This document shows, in pieces, positions 36,001 to 48,811 of a DNA stretch of 64,000 bases. Made by a program: the position numbers and the translations under genes. The stretch is taken from positions 49,786,001 to 49,850,000 of the forward strand of contig OZ024744.1 in assembly GCA_964016885.1 (NCBI GenBank), given 5' to 3'. The notes under the pieces are model-generated. The model made no database searches. It saw only the letters and a list, made by a program, of their open reading frames with translations, and had not been told where the DNA came from. Within the stretch, counting starts at the first letter, position 1. Each line of letters opens with the position of its first letter. Source of the stretch: Eledone cirrhosa. Taxonomy: Eukaryota.

Positions 36001-36750
36001 AGCCCGTCAGCATTCATCTCCTCAATGGCCGTATCTTTGTTCCAGGTATTATTTATTTCAGCATTCAGATCATTGTCTGCTTCGGATGGTTCCTCCGTTC
36101 TCTCAACCTCTTCACCTTCATCTTCCACTGGCTCGTTTGCCTGGCATACTCCACTCTCCATTTCCAATCTAATCTCTTTGCTGAGTTCCTCCAGTTCCAA
36201 CTCGCTTATCCACCCATTAGTCCTTATTAGCCAAGCCTGCCCGGCCATTTTTGTTCATCTAATTTAAATAGACCATCTCATTCCAGATGCTATGCATTCG
36301 TTTCCTATAGCCTTTTTCCTTGGGGTTACTCTTCAGGTAACATTGCATAACAGTTCTATTCAATTCTTTCGCCCAGTTGGTTCTGGTCCCTTTCCTTCTT
36401 CTTCTTCCTCCAACACCAGCAGTATTTGGATGACAGCCAGGTCCCTGCTGCTGGGCCAGGGAGTACCTGCTGGGTGAGAGTCTGTCACATGACATTCCAG
36501 TCTCCACTTCACCGTTATTCAAACTGTTTAGGTTCGACATTTAAACACTCATATAGAGGATTGGTGAATGTATGGTTACATAACCACCGGTGATTTCATC
36601 ACCCCCAGTAATTTGATCACCCCCGGTGATTTTAGCGTGGCACTATCATGCTGTAGACGAACATAAATATTTAAACAAATAAGTAGGTAAAAACCTAAAA
36701 AAATAAGCATAAGTTTCATTGTAATGTAATGTTTGAATGTCTGACTTATT
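33066..36750 (-). mobile_element. R4/Dong-like site-specific non-LTR retrotransposon, near full length, frameshifted
   Basis: Single ORF from ATG 36540 to 33120 in pieces: WKSPGPD, EQKGC, DFKKAFD, FMDDLKL, YKYLG, CRICG..H...C zinc finger, RHD and PD..D restriction-like endonuclease; (TAA)n tail. Confidence 0.92.
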
Positions 36751-36785
36751 TATTTTTTTTTTTAAATTATTATTATTATTATTAT

Positions 36786-37757
36786 TGTTCTTTGAGTCTC
36801 AGTCATTGATGTTAGTTAACTGGAAAGTTTGAAATGAATATCAAGCCACTACCTGCAGCCTCAGATATTCAGGACATATCGGAGGGTTCTTGCTGTTCCC
36901 AGCAAGCATGCCTTTTGAAGTGTTCCAAAAAGCGGGGCAGGACCAATTTTCTTTAACCATCTCTGGAAATTTTTTGAGATAGTACCTAGGCCACATCCAC
37001 AATCAGGCACAATCTTTTTTCTTTGTCCACAACCACCAGGTCAGGTCTATTGTGTTCCAGTTTCTTGTCCGTCTGTATCCTAAAATCCCACAGCACCTTC
37101 ACCTGATTGTTTTCTATCACCGACTCTGGCTTATGCTCATACCACTTCTCAGAATGTGGTAAATTGTTTACTTTGCATAGGTGCCAGTGGATCATTCTGC
37201 CCATCACATCATCTCTCCAGCCTTTATAGTGAGTCTGGGCTAGGTGTTTACACTCGGATACAATGTGAGCCACAGTCTCCTCTCTCTCTCTCCACAGATC
37301 CTGCACAATGGGCTAGCCTCCTCCTTGTAAATATGGTGTTTCAACCACTTCGTTTTGAGGGCTTGCTCTTGCGCAGCCATTAACATTCCTTCTGTAGCCT
37401 TTTTAAGGTCTCCTCTTTTCAACCAGTTCCATGTCTGTGGATCTCTGAACTCAGTTTTCTCAAAGAAGGTACTATGAAGGGATTTTTCCTGAAGGCTGCT
37501 CTTTCTCCTTGATGTTATTTCCTCCTTGGACATCCCCTGGTCTTTTGTCCTCTCCTTCAGTACACTTCTGAGCATTGGCTCCTTACTATCAGTCACGTAT
37601 TTGTATAGGTTGTTTTTCTCCATCTGAACACAGTCCTCTATGCTGATAAGACCTCTTGCACCTTCAGATCTCCTTAAGTAGAGTCGATCGACATCACTCC
37701 TCTTGTGGAACATGTTGTAGATAGTCAATAGCTTCCTAGTCTTCCTATCCATTTCTT
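36786..37757 (-). mobile_element. R4/Dong-like 3' fragment with internal deletion
   Basis: ORFs 37240-37752 and 36986-37306 near-identical to the 33120 copy. Confidence 0.9.
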
Positions 37758-37814
37758 ATTATTATTTCTTCTTCTTCTTCTTCTTCTTCTTATTATTATT
37801 ATTATTATTATTAT

Positions 37815-40027
37815 TCCTTGAATCTCAGTCATTGATGTTAGTTAACTGGAAAGTCCGTTGGAATGAATATCAAGCCACTACCTGCAGCCTCAGATATTTA
37901 GGACTCATCGGAGGGTTCTTGCTGTTCCCAGCAAGCATGCCTTTTGAAGCGTTCCAAAAAGCGTGAAGGGGCCGATTTTCTTTAACCATCCCTGGAAACT
38001 TTTGGAGATAGTCCCCAGTGTGCCTATGACAATCGGGATCACTTTGACTTCATGACAGTTCCAAATCCTTTTTACCTCCCACTTTAAGTCCTGGTATCGG
38101 TTAATTTTCTCCCTCTCCTTCTCTTGCACTCTCGTGTCGAATGGGGAGGCCACATCCACAATCAGACACGATCTTTTTTCTTTGTCCACAACCACCAGGT
38201 CAGGTCTATTGTGTTCCAGTTTCTTGTCCGTCTGTATCCTAAAATCCCACAGCACCTTCACCTGATCGTTCTCCATCACCGCCTCTGGCTTATGCTCATA
38301 CCACTTCTCAGAATGTGGTAAATTGTTTACTTTGCACAGGTGCCAGTGGATCACCCTGCCCATCACATCATGTCTCCAGCCCTTATAGTGGGTCTGGGCT
38401 AGGTGTTTACACTCGGATACAATGTGAGCCACAGTCGCCTCTCTCTCCACAGATCCTGCACAGTGGGCTAGCCTCCTCCTTGTGAATATGGTGTTTCAAC
38501 CACTTCGTTTTGAGGGCCTGCTCCTGCGCAGCCATTAACATTCCTTCTGTAGCCTTTTTAAGGTCTCCTCTTCTCAACCAGTTCCATGTCTGTGGATCTC
38601 TAAATTCAGTTTTCTTAAAGAAGGTACTATGAAGGCATTTTTCCTGAAGGCTGTTCTTTCTCCTTGATGTCATTTCCTCCTTGGACATCTCCTGGCCTAT
38701 TGTCCCCTCCTTCAGTACAGTTCTGAGCATTGGCTCCTTACTATCAGCCACGTATTTGTGTAGGTTGTTTTTCTCCATCTGAACACAGTCCTCTATGCTG
38801 ATAAGACCTCTTCCACCCTCAGATCTCCTTAGGTAGAGTCTATCGACATCACTCCTCTTGTGGAACATGTTGTAGATAGTCAATAGCTTCCTAGTCTTCC
38901 TATCCATTTCTTTTTGTTCAGCAACATTCCATCTCAGAATTCCCGCACTGTACCTAATAATAGACACAGCTCGGGAATTTACTGCGCTTATGGCATTTCT
39001 GCTGTTCAGATGTGACTTCAATACGCTCCTTATTCTCCGAATGTATTCAGTTCTTAACAATTCCTTCATTTTTTTGTTCTTTATGCCATCAGCCTCCAGA
39101 ACGCCCAAATACTTGTATCCTTCCTCAGAGTCAATTTCCTTTATCATCTCACCTGTTGGTATCTGGATTCCGTTACTTCTGCTCAACCTACCCCTCCTCA
39201 TCACAATGACTCCACACTTACTAATACCAAACTGCATACATATATCACTGCTGAAAATATGGACAGTGTCAACAAGCACATGCAACTCCTTCTCACTCTT
39301 CCCGAAGAGCTTACGATCGTCCATGAAGAGGAGGTGATTGATGGTAAGCCCTCCCTTTCCCAACCCGTATCCTGCTCTCACTTTTCGCAGTACACTGGTC
39401 AGGGGCATCAGGGCAAGGACAAACAAGGATTCTCCAGTTGATGTCAACTCTGTTTCCCAGGACCTCATACTCTTGCCCAACAACTGTCTGATGTTATCTG
39501 CCACCTTGAAGATCTCCAGGCTTTTGGTGATCCAAGAATGAGGCACCATGTCAAATGCCTTTCTGTAGTCTATCCATCCCATGGCAAGATCAGTGTGTCT
39601 CCTCCTGCAGTTCCCCATTACCAACTTATCAATAAGTAACTGGTCCTTTGTACCACGTCACTTCTTTCGGCATCCTTTCTGTTCGTCCGGTAACAAGTTG
39701 TTTGTGTGGAGGTGATGGTAGATTTCCTCAGACACAATGCTCGTCAACAGTTTCCACATTACGGACAGACATGTGATAGGTCTATAGTTGGTAACATCAT
39801 TACCCTTGATTCGGTCTTTCATCATCAGAACTGTGGTACCTTTTGTCAACCACTCTGGTACCTCACCTGACATCAAGCAGTCATTGAACATGGTTGTCAG
39901 TTTCGGGTGGAGGGATGTTATATTTTTAATCCAATACCCCTGCACACCATCTGGGCCTGGTGATTTCCAGTTGGTTAGTTTTTTGGCCTGCCCCTTAAGA
40001 GTTTCAACTGTGATACTCAAATCAGTT
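37815..40027 (-). mobile_element. R4/Dong-like 5'-truncated copy
   Basis: ORFs 39658-40095, 38407-39624, 37905-38450 (RT + RLE). Confidence 0.92.
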
Positions 40028-40030
40028 TGA

Positions 40031-40066
<36 letters not shown>

Positions 40067-40077
40067 GTTATTGTTAT

Positions 40078-40487
40078 TCCTTGAATCTCAGTCATTGATG
40101 TTGGTTAACTGGAAAGTCCGTTGGATTGAATATCAAGCCACTACCTGCAGCCTCAGATATTCAGGACGTATCGGAGGGTTCTTGCCGTTCCAAGCAAGCA
40201 TGCCTTTTGAAGCGTTCCAAAAAGCGTGAAGGGGCCGATTTTCTTTAACCATCCCTGGAAACCTTTGGAGATAGTCCCCAGTGCGCCTATGACAATCGGG
40301 ATCACTTTGACTTCATGGCAGTTCCAAATCCTTTTCACCTCCCACTTTAGGTCCTGGTATCGGTTAATTTTCTCCCTCTCCTTCTCTTGCACTCTCGTGT
40401 CGAACGGGCAGGCCACATCCACAATCAGGCACAATCTTTTTTCTTTGTCCACAACCACCAGGTCAGGTCTATTGTGTTCCAGTTTTT
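40078..40487 (-). mobile_element. R4/Dong-like short 3' fragment
   Basis: KKLEHNRPDLVV...ARTLRYVLNI flanked by (ATT)n. Confidence 0.9.
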
Positions 40488-40534
40488 TATTATTATTATT
40501 ATTATTATTGTTCTTCTTCTTATTATTATTATAG

Positions 40535-41625
40535 TTGCATTTATCTTGCTTTATGTTCATACGAGTTGTCACCAAGTCACAACCAGTGACCTCAAGAGAC
40601 AACAAGGTCCGCCATGTTCAAGAAAGAACATACATATTCACACATGCATCTTTAGTGTTTAGACTTGTGATGTACTTATATTGACAGAATCTTCCTTAGT
40701 ATATGGGCAGTTCCCATTAGTACTATCTTTTGCATTTCTCCTATACGCGGGTTTCCTGGGATTTGCGATATTATTATTATTATTTGCATTTATCTTGCTT
40801 TATGTTTATACGAGTTATCACCAAGTCACAACCAGTGACCTCAAGAGACAACAAGGTCCGCCATGTTCAAGAAAGAACATACATATTCACACATGCATCC
40901 TTAGTGTTTAGACTTGTGATGTACTTATATTGACAGGATCTTCCTTAGTATATGGGCAGTTCCCATTAGTACTATCTTTTGTATTTCTCCTATACGCGGG
41001 TTTCCTGGGATGTGCGATAAGTAATCATTAGACCCCTTAGGTATCATTCCCAGAGCGCCTACAACCACTGGTATTGTTTTAGTTCTCAATTTCCACATTT
41101 TTCCAATTTCTATCTCCAGGTCCTTATACTTGCTCAATTTTTCAAATGTTTTTATAGATACATTCTTGTCTATTGGAACAGACATATCAATTAGCAGGCA
41201 TACCCTCCTTTGAAAGTCCTTCAATATTATATCAGGTCTATTTGCATCTATTTTTCGGTCTGTTTGGATGCTAAAGTTCCACAAGATTGAGATGTGATCT
41301 TTTTCAAGTATGGGAGGTGGTTGATGCTCCCACCAATTCTTTTGATGGGGCAGGTCAAAATGCTTACACATTATTCAATGTATGTATTGTGCAGCTCTGT
41401 CATGCCTGTTTAGGTATTCGGTTGGAGCTATAGGACTGCACATTGAAATTATATGGTCAATGGTCTCTGGTTGTTTTTTGCATACACGGCATAATGGGCT
41501 GCACCCATTTTTTATTATGTTGGCTTGGTAATTTTTTGTTGGCAGACACTGATCTTGTGCCGATATAATCAGTCCTTCAGTCTCCGATTTCAGTCCAGAG
41601 GATGCCAACCACTGATGGGTTAAAG

Positions 41626-41628
<3 letters not shown>
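40535..41628 (-). mobile_element. Second R4/Dong-like subfamily: 3' fragment plus tandem short 3' copy
   Basis: LKSETEGLIISAQDQ...CRVC...RHD...NRPDII..ID...LRKILSI; 40535-40770 duplicates 40783-41012. Confidence 0.88.
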
Positions 41629-41657
<29 letters not shown>

Positions 41658-41666
41658 GGGTTAAAG

Positions 41667-41726
<60 letters not shown>

Positions 41727-42373
41727 TGATTGGCAGTATCAGTAGAGCGTTGGAAAATGTTGGCTTTGTACCTAAATGAGAAACCCTTATTACTAAAACC
41801 CTCCTAGTTCTGGATTTCAAAATTATTTGGAAACCATAGGGAGTATCTTTCATTAGAAATATAATGAAAGGGCTAATGTATTTATATTTATCTAAAAACC
41901 TTCCATCAAAATTTTATGTGAGAATTTTTATGATGTTTTCTTTCAAACACCAGCTTAATAATAAGAAAGTTAGTTATATTACTAAAACTTCCAAATTCTT
42001 GATTATTTTCAGAATTATTAGAAAAACAGGCAGTATCTTCCATTAGAAATATGGTAACGAAAGCATTAACAAGATTGCTCTAATACCTCCTTCAATAATG
42101 GCTTAAATTAATTGCCCTTAACAATAGCTAAAGTATATATATATATATATACACACACACACATGTAACACACACACATTATATCTGGTTGTTTGCCAAG
42201 AGAGAAGCCATGTGTATATTTTGAAAGGCATACAGCCAAAAGATATATAACTATATATATATTTATACATTTTATTTCAAAGGGATTTGTTGCAGAGAGG
42301 GTCATATAAAAATATGAAAAAAAGATGGTTGAATCATAGACATATATCTGCTTATATATACATACATATATAC

Positions 42374-42525
42374 GGAGACACATGGCCTAGTGGTTAGAGC
42401 ATTGGCCTTGCAATCGAAAGGTTGTGAATTCAATTCTCAGGCCAGGTGATGTGTTGTTTCCTTGAGCAAGACACTTTATTTCACATTGCTCCAGTTTACT
42501 CAGCTGTATAAATGAGATGATAGGG
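42374..42525 (+). mobile_element. tRNA-derived CORE-like SINE
   Basis: A box TGGCCTAGTGG, B box GAATTCAATTC, CORE-like GTTTCCTTGAGCAAGACACTTTA...CAGTTTACTCAGCTGTATAAATG. Confidence 0.8.
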
Positions 42526-42542
42526 ACTAGGGTCCCTATCAA

Positions 42543-42760
42543 TCCACTGCAAAGTGGTCGTGGAGGTGCCACGGAAAAAAAAGCACCAGCCCACACTGCA
42601 AAGTGGTCGTAGAGGTGCCACGGCAAAAAAAAAACACCCAACACTCACTGTAAATGAGGTTGGTGTTAGGAAGGGCATCCAGCTGTAGAAATCAAGCCAG
42701 AATCAGTTCCCGTCCCACCCTTGCAAGCAGGGAAAAGCAGACGTAAAATGATGATGATGA
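42543..42760 (+). mobile_element. RTE-derived 3' tail segment
   Basis: TTAGGAAGGGCATCCAGC...CCCTTGCAAGCAGGGAAAAGCAGACGTAAAAT(GAT)n, as in RTE 3' ends. Confidence 0.75.
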
Positions 42761-42889
42761 TACATATGTGTGTGTGTGTGAGTGAGTCTTTGTATCTGCA
42801 CACACATGTGTGTATGCATGTATATATATATATATATGCATAACAGAATATAAGCTTTAGCTTATTCTTGTGTCTGTACTGGGTGATTA

Positions 42890-42936
42890 AATGTCACTGA
42901 TGAGGGAAACATATCCAGAAACATGTGTCTGACATT
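42890..42936 (+). ncRNA. Minimal type I hammerhead ribozyme
   Basis: AATGTCA-CTGATGA-G GGA aacata TCC A-GAAAC ATGT GTC-TGACATT; perfect 7-bp stem I, GUC site. Confidence 0.8.
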
Positions 42937-43829
42937 CTTACATGGTTACTGAGATAGTTGTGACATGATCACACCTTAAATCGCTTGTAGCAAGACTTTC
43001 ATATGTTTATTATACATATATGTATCGTTCATGAATCACGCTATGTTAGTGCTAATTAATCCTAGCTGATAAAGTTTCTACTATATGCAAATGAGCATCC
43101 CCCCACCCCTTCCAATATTTTCTTTTACATTATATGCAAATAAGCATCTGCAGTGGATGTTTCAACCACACAAAAGCACACAAGATTTAGTTTATTCTTA
43201 AATTAATTACTCTTAAAAAATCTGTCACAATGCAAATTGGATGGTAAATGGTTAGAATATAACAATGATGTTGAGATATTGTTACCTTGCAGTTCTTTAT
43301 TGGTTCTTATATTTCAGGATAAAATCACTTCATCAAAAGATTATCAGTTTCTTCTTTTTTTTTCTTCTTCTCCTCCTCCTCCTTCCACTTCTTCTTCTTC
43401 TTCACCCCCCTCCTCCTCATCATCATCATCCCCTCCTCAACCACTTCCTCATCATCTTCCTCATCCTCCTTCTTCCTCTTCTTCTTCTTCTTCTTCATCA
43501 TCATCCTCCCCTCCTCCTTCTTCTTCTTGAGTCATCCGATACCTTAAGGCATTGGTATTGATAAAGTTGGAGCTTCAGACTCCTTGGTTGATCAGTGCAG
43601 CATACAGTTCAATTCCTTTGAAGCCTGTGTCCATATCAATGGTTGATTTCAAGGTGATATATGACCAGCCCACTCATCACTTTGCCTCCACAGTCCAGAG
43701 GAGCAATCTTCCAACAGGTTCATCATGCCGAGTGACATGGCTAGCAAGGGCCAGACAATGATGCTTCACGACCCATACAGAGACACACATACGTGTGTGT
43801 GTGTGACCAAAGCACCAGTCAGACAGAGG

Positions 43830-45085
43830 GTTAATAACACTGTGGAAAGCTCAGAAAAATTGGGCCAGCAAAAATGAATGCCAAGTAGCTAAAAGAAAAG
43901 CTAGATTACAATAAGCTGGACAAGGCTTGCCAATGTCTTGCAACATGAGGATCAGAGATGTAAGGTGTTCTGCACCACAAAGCAATGAGTCAGTGGGAAC
44001 CAGGATGTTGGGGGAAAATGTGCTTGAAATGACAATGGTGCATTTAGCCTCACTGACGTTCAAATGAAAGAGGCCTGGAAATTTTATAACAAGAGGTTGA
44101 TGAATGTGGGGAATGATTGAGAAAAAGAGACTACCCACAACTGACCAACAGTGGAACTAGCTGTCGAAATTGACAGTTATAGGATCAAAGACATATTTAA
44201 AGAAATATGGTAAAGCCACTGCTCTGTCAGAGATAGTCGCTAAGATGTTAACATTTTCTAGAGAAGTAGCAGTTGAGATAGTCACTCACATAATTAATCA
44301 GGTAATACATGATGGGATCATACACAATGACTGGTATAACAGTATACATAATAATTGTTACAAGGTAAAAGGTGATGTTCTAGGAAGGAGCAACAACAAA
44401 GGCATAAATCTGATGGACCAAGTTATGAGTGATGAAAAGAGTTTTAGCACAACTAATTAGGGAAAAGAGTCAAATTAGATGAGATGCAGTTTGGTTTTGT
44501 GCCAGGAACACCTCAGATTCCGTCTTTTTGTGAGACAAGACAAATACAACAGAAGTTTCTAGCTAAGTGTAGGCTATTATGTATATCCAACTTTGAAGAA
44601 GGCCTTTCACAGAGTTCCATGATCTGTTATTCGATGGTCCTTAAGGAAACTCGGTGTGGGAAAATGGTCTGAGAGAGCAAAACAAGCCATGTACAGAGGC
44701 GCTGTAAGTAAATTGAGAGTAGGTAATGAGTTTAGAAAGGAATTCAATGTGCAGGTAATAGTTTATCAAGGCTCAATCATCAGCTCACTCCTGAGCTTAG
44801 GGAGTTTAAGATAAGCTGTTCATTGAAACTTCTGTATGATGACAACCTAAATCTTATAACTGTGTTTGTAGAAGAACTAGATAAGAAATTCTGGTTTGGG
44901 AAAGAAAAAGTAAAAGGGCTTAGAGCAAACTTGAGAGAAAATAAACTTTTAGTGAGTAGAAAGGGAGTACGTAGAAATTCTATACAATGCATACAATCTA
45001 AATTTTGAGAACACAAGAGGTGTAGTGGGATTGCAGGGAGACTAACAGAAAAATTAGAATTTGTATGTAGCAGATAGGGATAGTT
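43830..45085 (+). mobile_element. Old degraded RTE LINE
   Basis: NCYKVKGDVLGRSNNKGINLMDQVM, MQFGFVPG, LLYDD, NSIQCIQ remnants. Confidence 0.75.
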
Positions 45086-45496
45086 GGTGGTAAAAATACT
45101 AGTGAAAAAAACTCTTTCTACATCTTATTTCTCTCTCTCAAATCTATGTGTCTGTCTATCTAATTTATTTGTTTTATCACACATATATCACAGCAGCAGA
45201 AATATTTATTTTCTGTTGCACAAGCCAGCAATTTTATGTAGTCCTCTCAAGTTAATTGTGCGAAACTACAACCGGTCCAAGAGCTAAAGAGGGGAAATGA
45301 TGTTTGTGTGGTCGTGTCTCATTCATTTTCTTCCTTTGCTCCTTTCTTTGTATCACTTCTGTGGGCCAACACATTGATTTATGTCTACATTTGAGGTAAA
45401 TTTTACCTGACCCCGTCATTGACGGCATTTTACTGTTTTAACAGCTATTCTTGCATTGCATTTTTCTTATTATTCTATGAATATATATATATATAT

Positions 45497-46462
45497 TCAG
45501 GAGATTCTTACTTGATGCCTTTGATAGCAAGGAAGAAGAAATAAAGATATATGATATGGAGGAGCAGTGGGGGTTCCTGAGAGATAACCTACTAAAAGTG
45601 ACAAACATGATCTGCAGATGGAGCAAGGCCCTATGGAGGAGTAGTAGAGCCACCTGGTGGTGGAATAACAAGGTGGATGCAGCAATTAAAGCCAAAAGAC
45701 AGGCATGGAAAAAATTGAAAAACAGAGGTAGCAGGCACCCCTACAAAGAAACTAGGAGAGAAGCAGAAAATGAAAACTTAAGCATGTATTAGAACATGAG
45801 GACCAAAAGCAATAGGTGATCAGGATTACAAGGAAATGTTCCAAGGAAAACTGAGATGTTCTCAAGGAGAAATGCATACGTAACAACAATGGCACTCTTT
45901 CGCTCACCGACACTCAAAAGAAAGTTGCATGGAAATGTCACTATGAGAGGCAAAGAAGGAAAACATGTGGGAGATAAACAGCCTGACCCAAACTTACCCA
46001 ATAGAAGGTCCAGCTGTACAAGTAAGCAGCAACTTAGTAAGCAAGGCAATTAAGAAGATGAAGACAGGTAAAGCAACCGGACCATTGGGAGTAGTTGCTG
46101 TGATATTGAAAGCATCTGGGATGGTAGGGCACACCCTAATCACTCTTGTTGTTGTAAACATAGTACTACAGAGTCATCACACAACTCATTAGAGATTGTA
46201 TATACCTAGAGGAGATGCAGTTTGGATTTATGCCAGAAAAAAGCACCACTGGACCATCTTCCTTGTGAAGCAAATGCAGAAAAATTACCAAGCTAAAAGC
46301 AAGCCACTCTACCTAGCTTTCATTGACCTAGAGAAAGCTTTTGGGCCCTTAGAAAGCAAGGGTTAGATGAGTGGCTCGTGAAAGCAGTACAAACCATTTA
46401 GATGGGGGCCACCAGCAAAGTTTAAATCAACAATGAGTACAATGAGAATTTAGTGTACAGTG
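45497..46462 (+). mobile_element. Old degraded RTE LINE
   Basis: TWWWNNKVDAAIKAKRQAWK, EGPA..MKTGKATGP, FIDLEKAF remnants. Confidence 0.75.
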
Positions 46463-46491
46463 TTCATTCCTGGTGCACATATATGTATATA

Positions 46492-48745
46492 TAACCTTAC
46501 TCTGGCTGAACTCTCCGCTCTGTGCGGCCTACAGTGCCACGATGACATTGTCCTCAAACCCACTGATAAACGTGGCTCTGTGGTGGTGTGGTGTGCAGAC
46601 CTCTACCGGACTGGGGCCCTCCGCCAGCTTTACAATAGCCCATTTTTATGAGCCTTACTCTTCTGACCCCATCCTAAGCTACCAAAAGTTCATGTCCTCC
46701 ACCATTCATCAACTCATCTTTTCTTTTGTCCTACCTCCAGCTTCTACTAATCTTATAGTATTCACCCCTCGTCCACCCACCATCTACTTCCTCCCCAAGA
46801 TACATAAGACCAATAATTCAGGCCACCCTATCGTTTCAGCCTGTAACTGCCCTACCAAAATTATCTCCCAATATCTTGACACCCGGGATAGCCATAGGTA
46901 CCAACTTATTTGTTGGCTACGTTGAGGCCATGATCTTCTACCAGTACACCGGTCTAACCCCTGAGCTATATGGTCGTTACATCGATGATTGTATCGGTGC
47001 CACCTCTCTTTCCCATGAACAGCTCGACTCCTTTCTTTCTTTTGTCCAGTCTTTTCATCCTATCCTCACCTTCAACACCTTTGTCTCCAACTCTTTTGCC
47101 TAATTTCTTGATATCTCTCTAACTATTGACCACATTCACCACCTCCATCTTCTATAAGACCACTGATTCCCACTCCTACCTCAACTTTACCTCCTCCCAT
47201 CCAACTCACACCAAACTCTCCATACCTGCTCCTAATTCCTCCGTCTTCGTTGGTTCTGTAGCCAGGACCATGATTTCGAGACCCAGTCGCTTCATGTGGC
47301 CTCCCACTTCATCCAGCATGTATATCACCCACCTTGATCCAAGCTGCCCTCACCCATTCCTGTGAAACCGATCATATTACAGCCCTCTCATCCCACAACC
47401 ACCCTCCCAACACCTGCCTTACTTTCCTTCTCACCTAACACCTCTTTACCCTACCTCTCCAGCGACATATCCTCCTTTGTTTCCACACCCTCTTTTCGGA
47501 CCCCGTTACTTCTTGCTTTTTTTCCAAACCCACCCATCACAGCTTTTAAGCGTGCCCGTCATCTCCGAGACCTCCTGGAACATAGTTTCTTCCCTTTCTC
47601 TCTCAGGACTTCACCTGGTTCTTGTCCCTGTTCTCGTCTCTGCTGTAACACCTGGCCCTTCATTTCTAACCTAACCACTTTTGCAGGCACCAATGATTCA
47701 TTCCGAATCCAACATTCTTTCGCTTGCACCTCGACCCCCGTTGCCTAAGCCCTCCGGTGTTCCCGTTGCGGGTCCTTATACATCGGACAAACAGGCCACC
47801 GTTTGATGGACCGTTTTGCTGAACACTTGAAGGAAATACGACTTGGTATGGATACCCCCGTCGCTTATCATTTCTGTTCCCCAGGTCATTCTTCCCTACA
47901 TGTCTCAGTTCTTGGTGTCCTTTTACCATCACGGATGACAGGCCTCACTCACCAGGACTGAGCAGAGTCTGATTTTCCACCTTGGGTCCAGTTTCCCCAA
48001 TGGACTCAACTCCTCTCCCCAATTTATTTAATCTTACACATATACACTCGTGCTTACTTCTCTACCCCTAGCCACTCTCACCTCTACCTAGTCCGTTGTC
48101 ACACACGCGCGCGCACATTCACCCCCCCCCCCGGTTCCTTTGGCTCTGTTATGGTCAGAAACACATACACTCTTACAGTTATACTGACCAACAAAAGACC
48201 CACACACACCTCTATATTTACCTTCACATCTCTATCAGACTAAGACACACACACACACACACACACACGCACACTTATATAAACACATAATTTGCTCACA
48301 ACTTCGTACTTACAAACACACACACACTATTTTTCCTACATATACACACATATATCTTCTTAGCTTCGTACGGATATATAAACATGCGCGCGCGCACACG
48401 TATACGCACGTGCACACGTACAGCTCTATATACAAAACGGTCTTGTTTCCCTTTCAGATAGATGCAATCCATCATCCACTTTTCTAATAAAAAGTATATC
48501 ATACACAAAACACCAACACCAACAGTTTTCCAAGAGATGGCAACATGAATGGACCTGTTATTTTTCTCTAATTTTTGTTTTTGTCTCTGCCTCTGCCCAT
48601 CTCCTCAATCTTTCTATTTCTTCTTTAATTTCTCATTCTATCTTCTGATGAAGGACTAATGTCCAAAACGTTAAGACTCCTTTCCTACTATATCAAGCGT
48701 AAAACTAACAATATATTTCTTCATTGTATTGTGTCATTTGCACAC
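46492..48745 (+). mobile_element. Penelope-like element (RT + GIY-YIG remnants + pLTR)
   Basis: IVLKPTDKRGSVVVW, YFLPKIHK, PIVS, GRYIDD, FYKTTDSHSYL, YIGQT; HHR at 48641. Confidence 0.88.
48641..48676 (+). ncRNA. Minimal type I hammerhead motif in Penelope pLTR (G12 mutated to A)
   Basis: TCTT-CTGATGA-A-GGAC taat GTCC-AAAAC GTT-AAGA. Confidence 0.6.
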
Positions 48746-48811
48746 ACACACACACACACAAGCACACATACGTATATACATACACACATATAGACACATA
48801 TGTACACTTTA

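Noticed and set aside
42374-42450. tRNA gene
   Set aside because: A/B boxes are present but the acceptor stem is not closed and it runs into a SINE body; it is a SINE head.
43237-43561. Ser/Pro-rich or Leu-rich ORFs as a host exon
   Set aside because: Translation of (TCC/TCT/TCA)n microsatellite; no supporting splice structure or domain.
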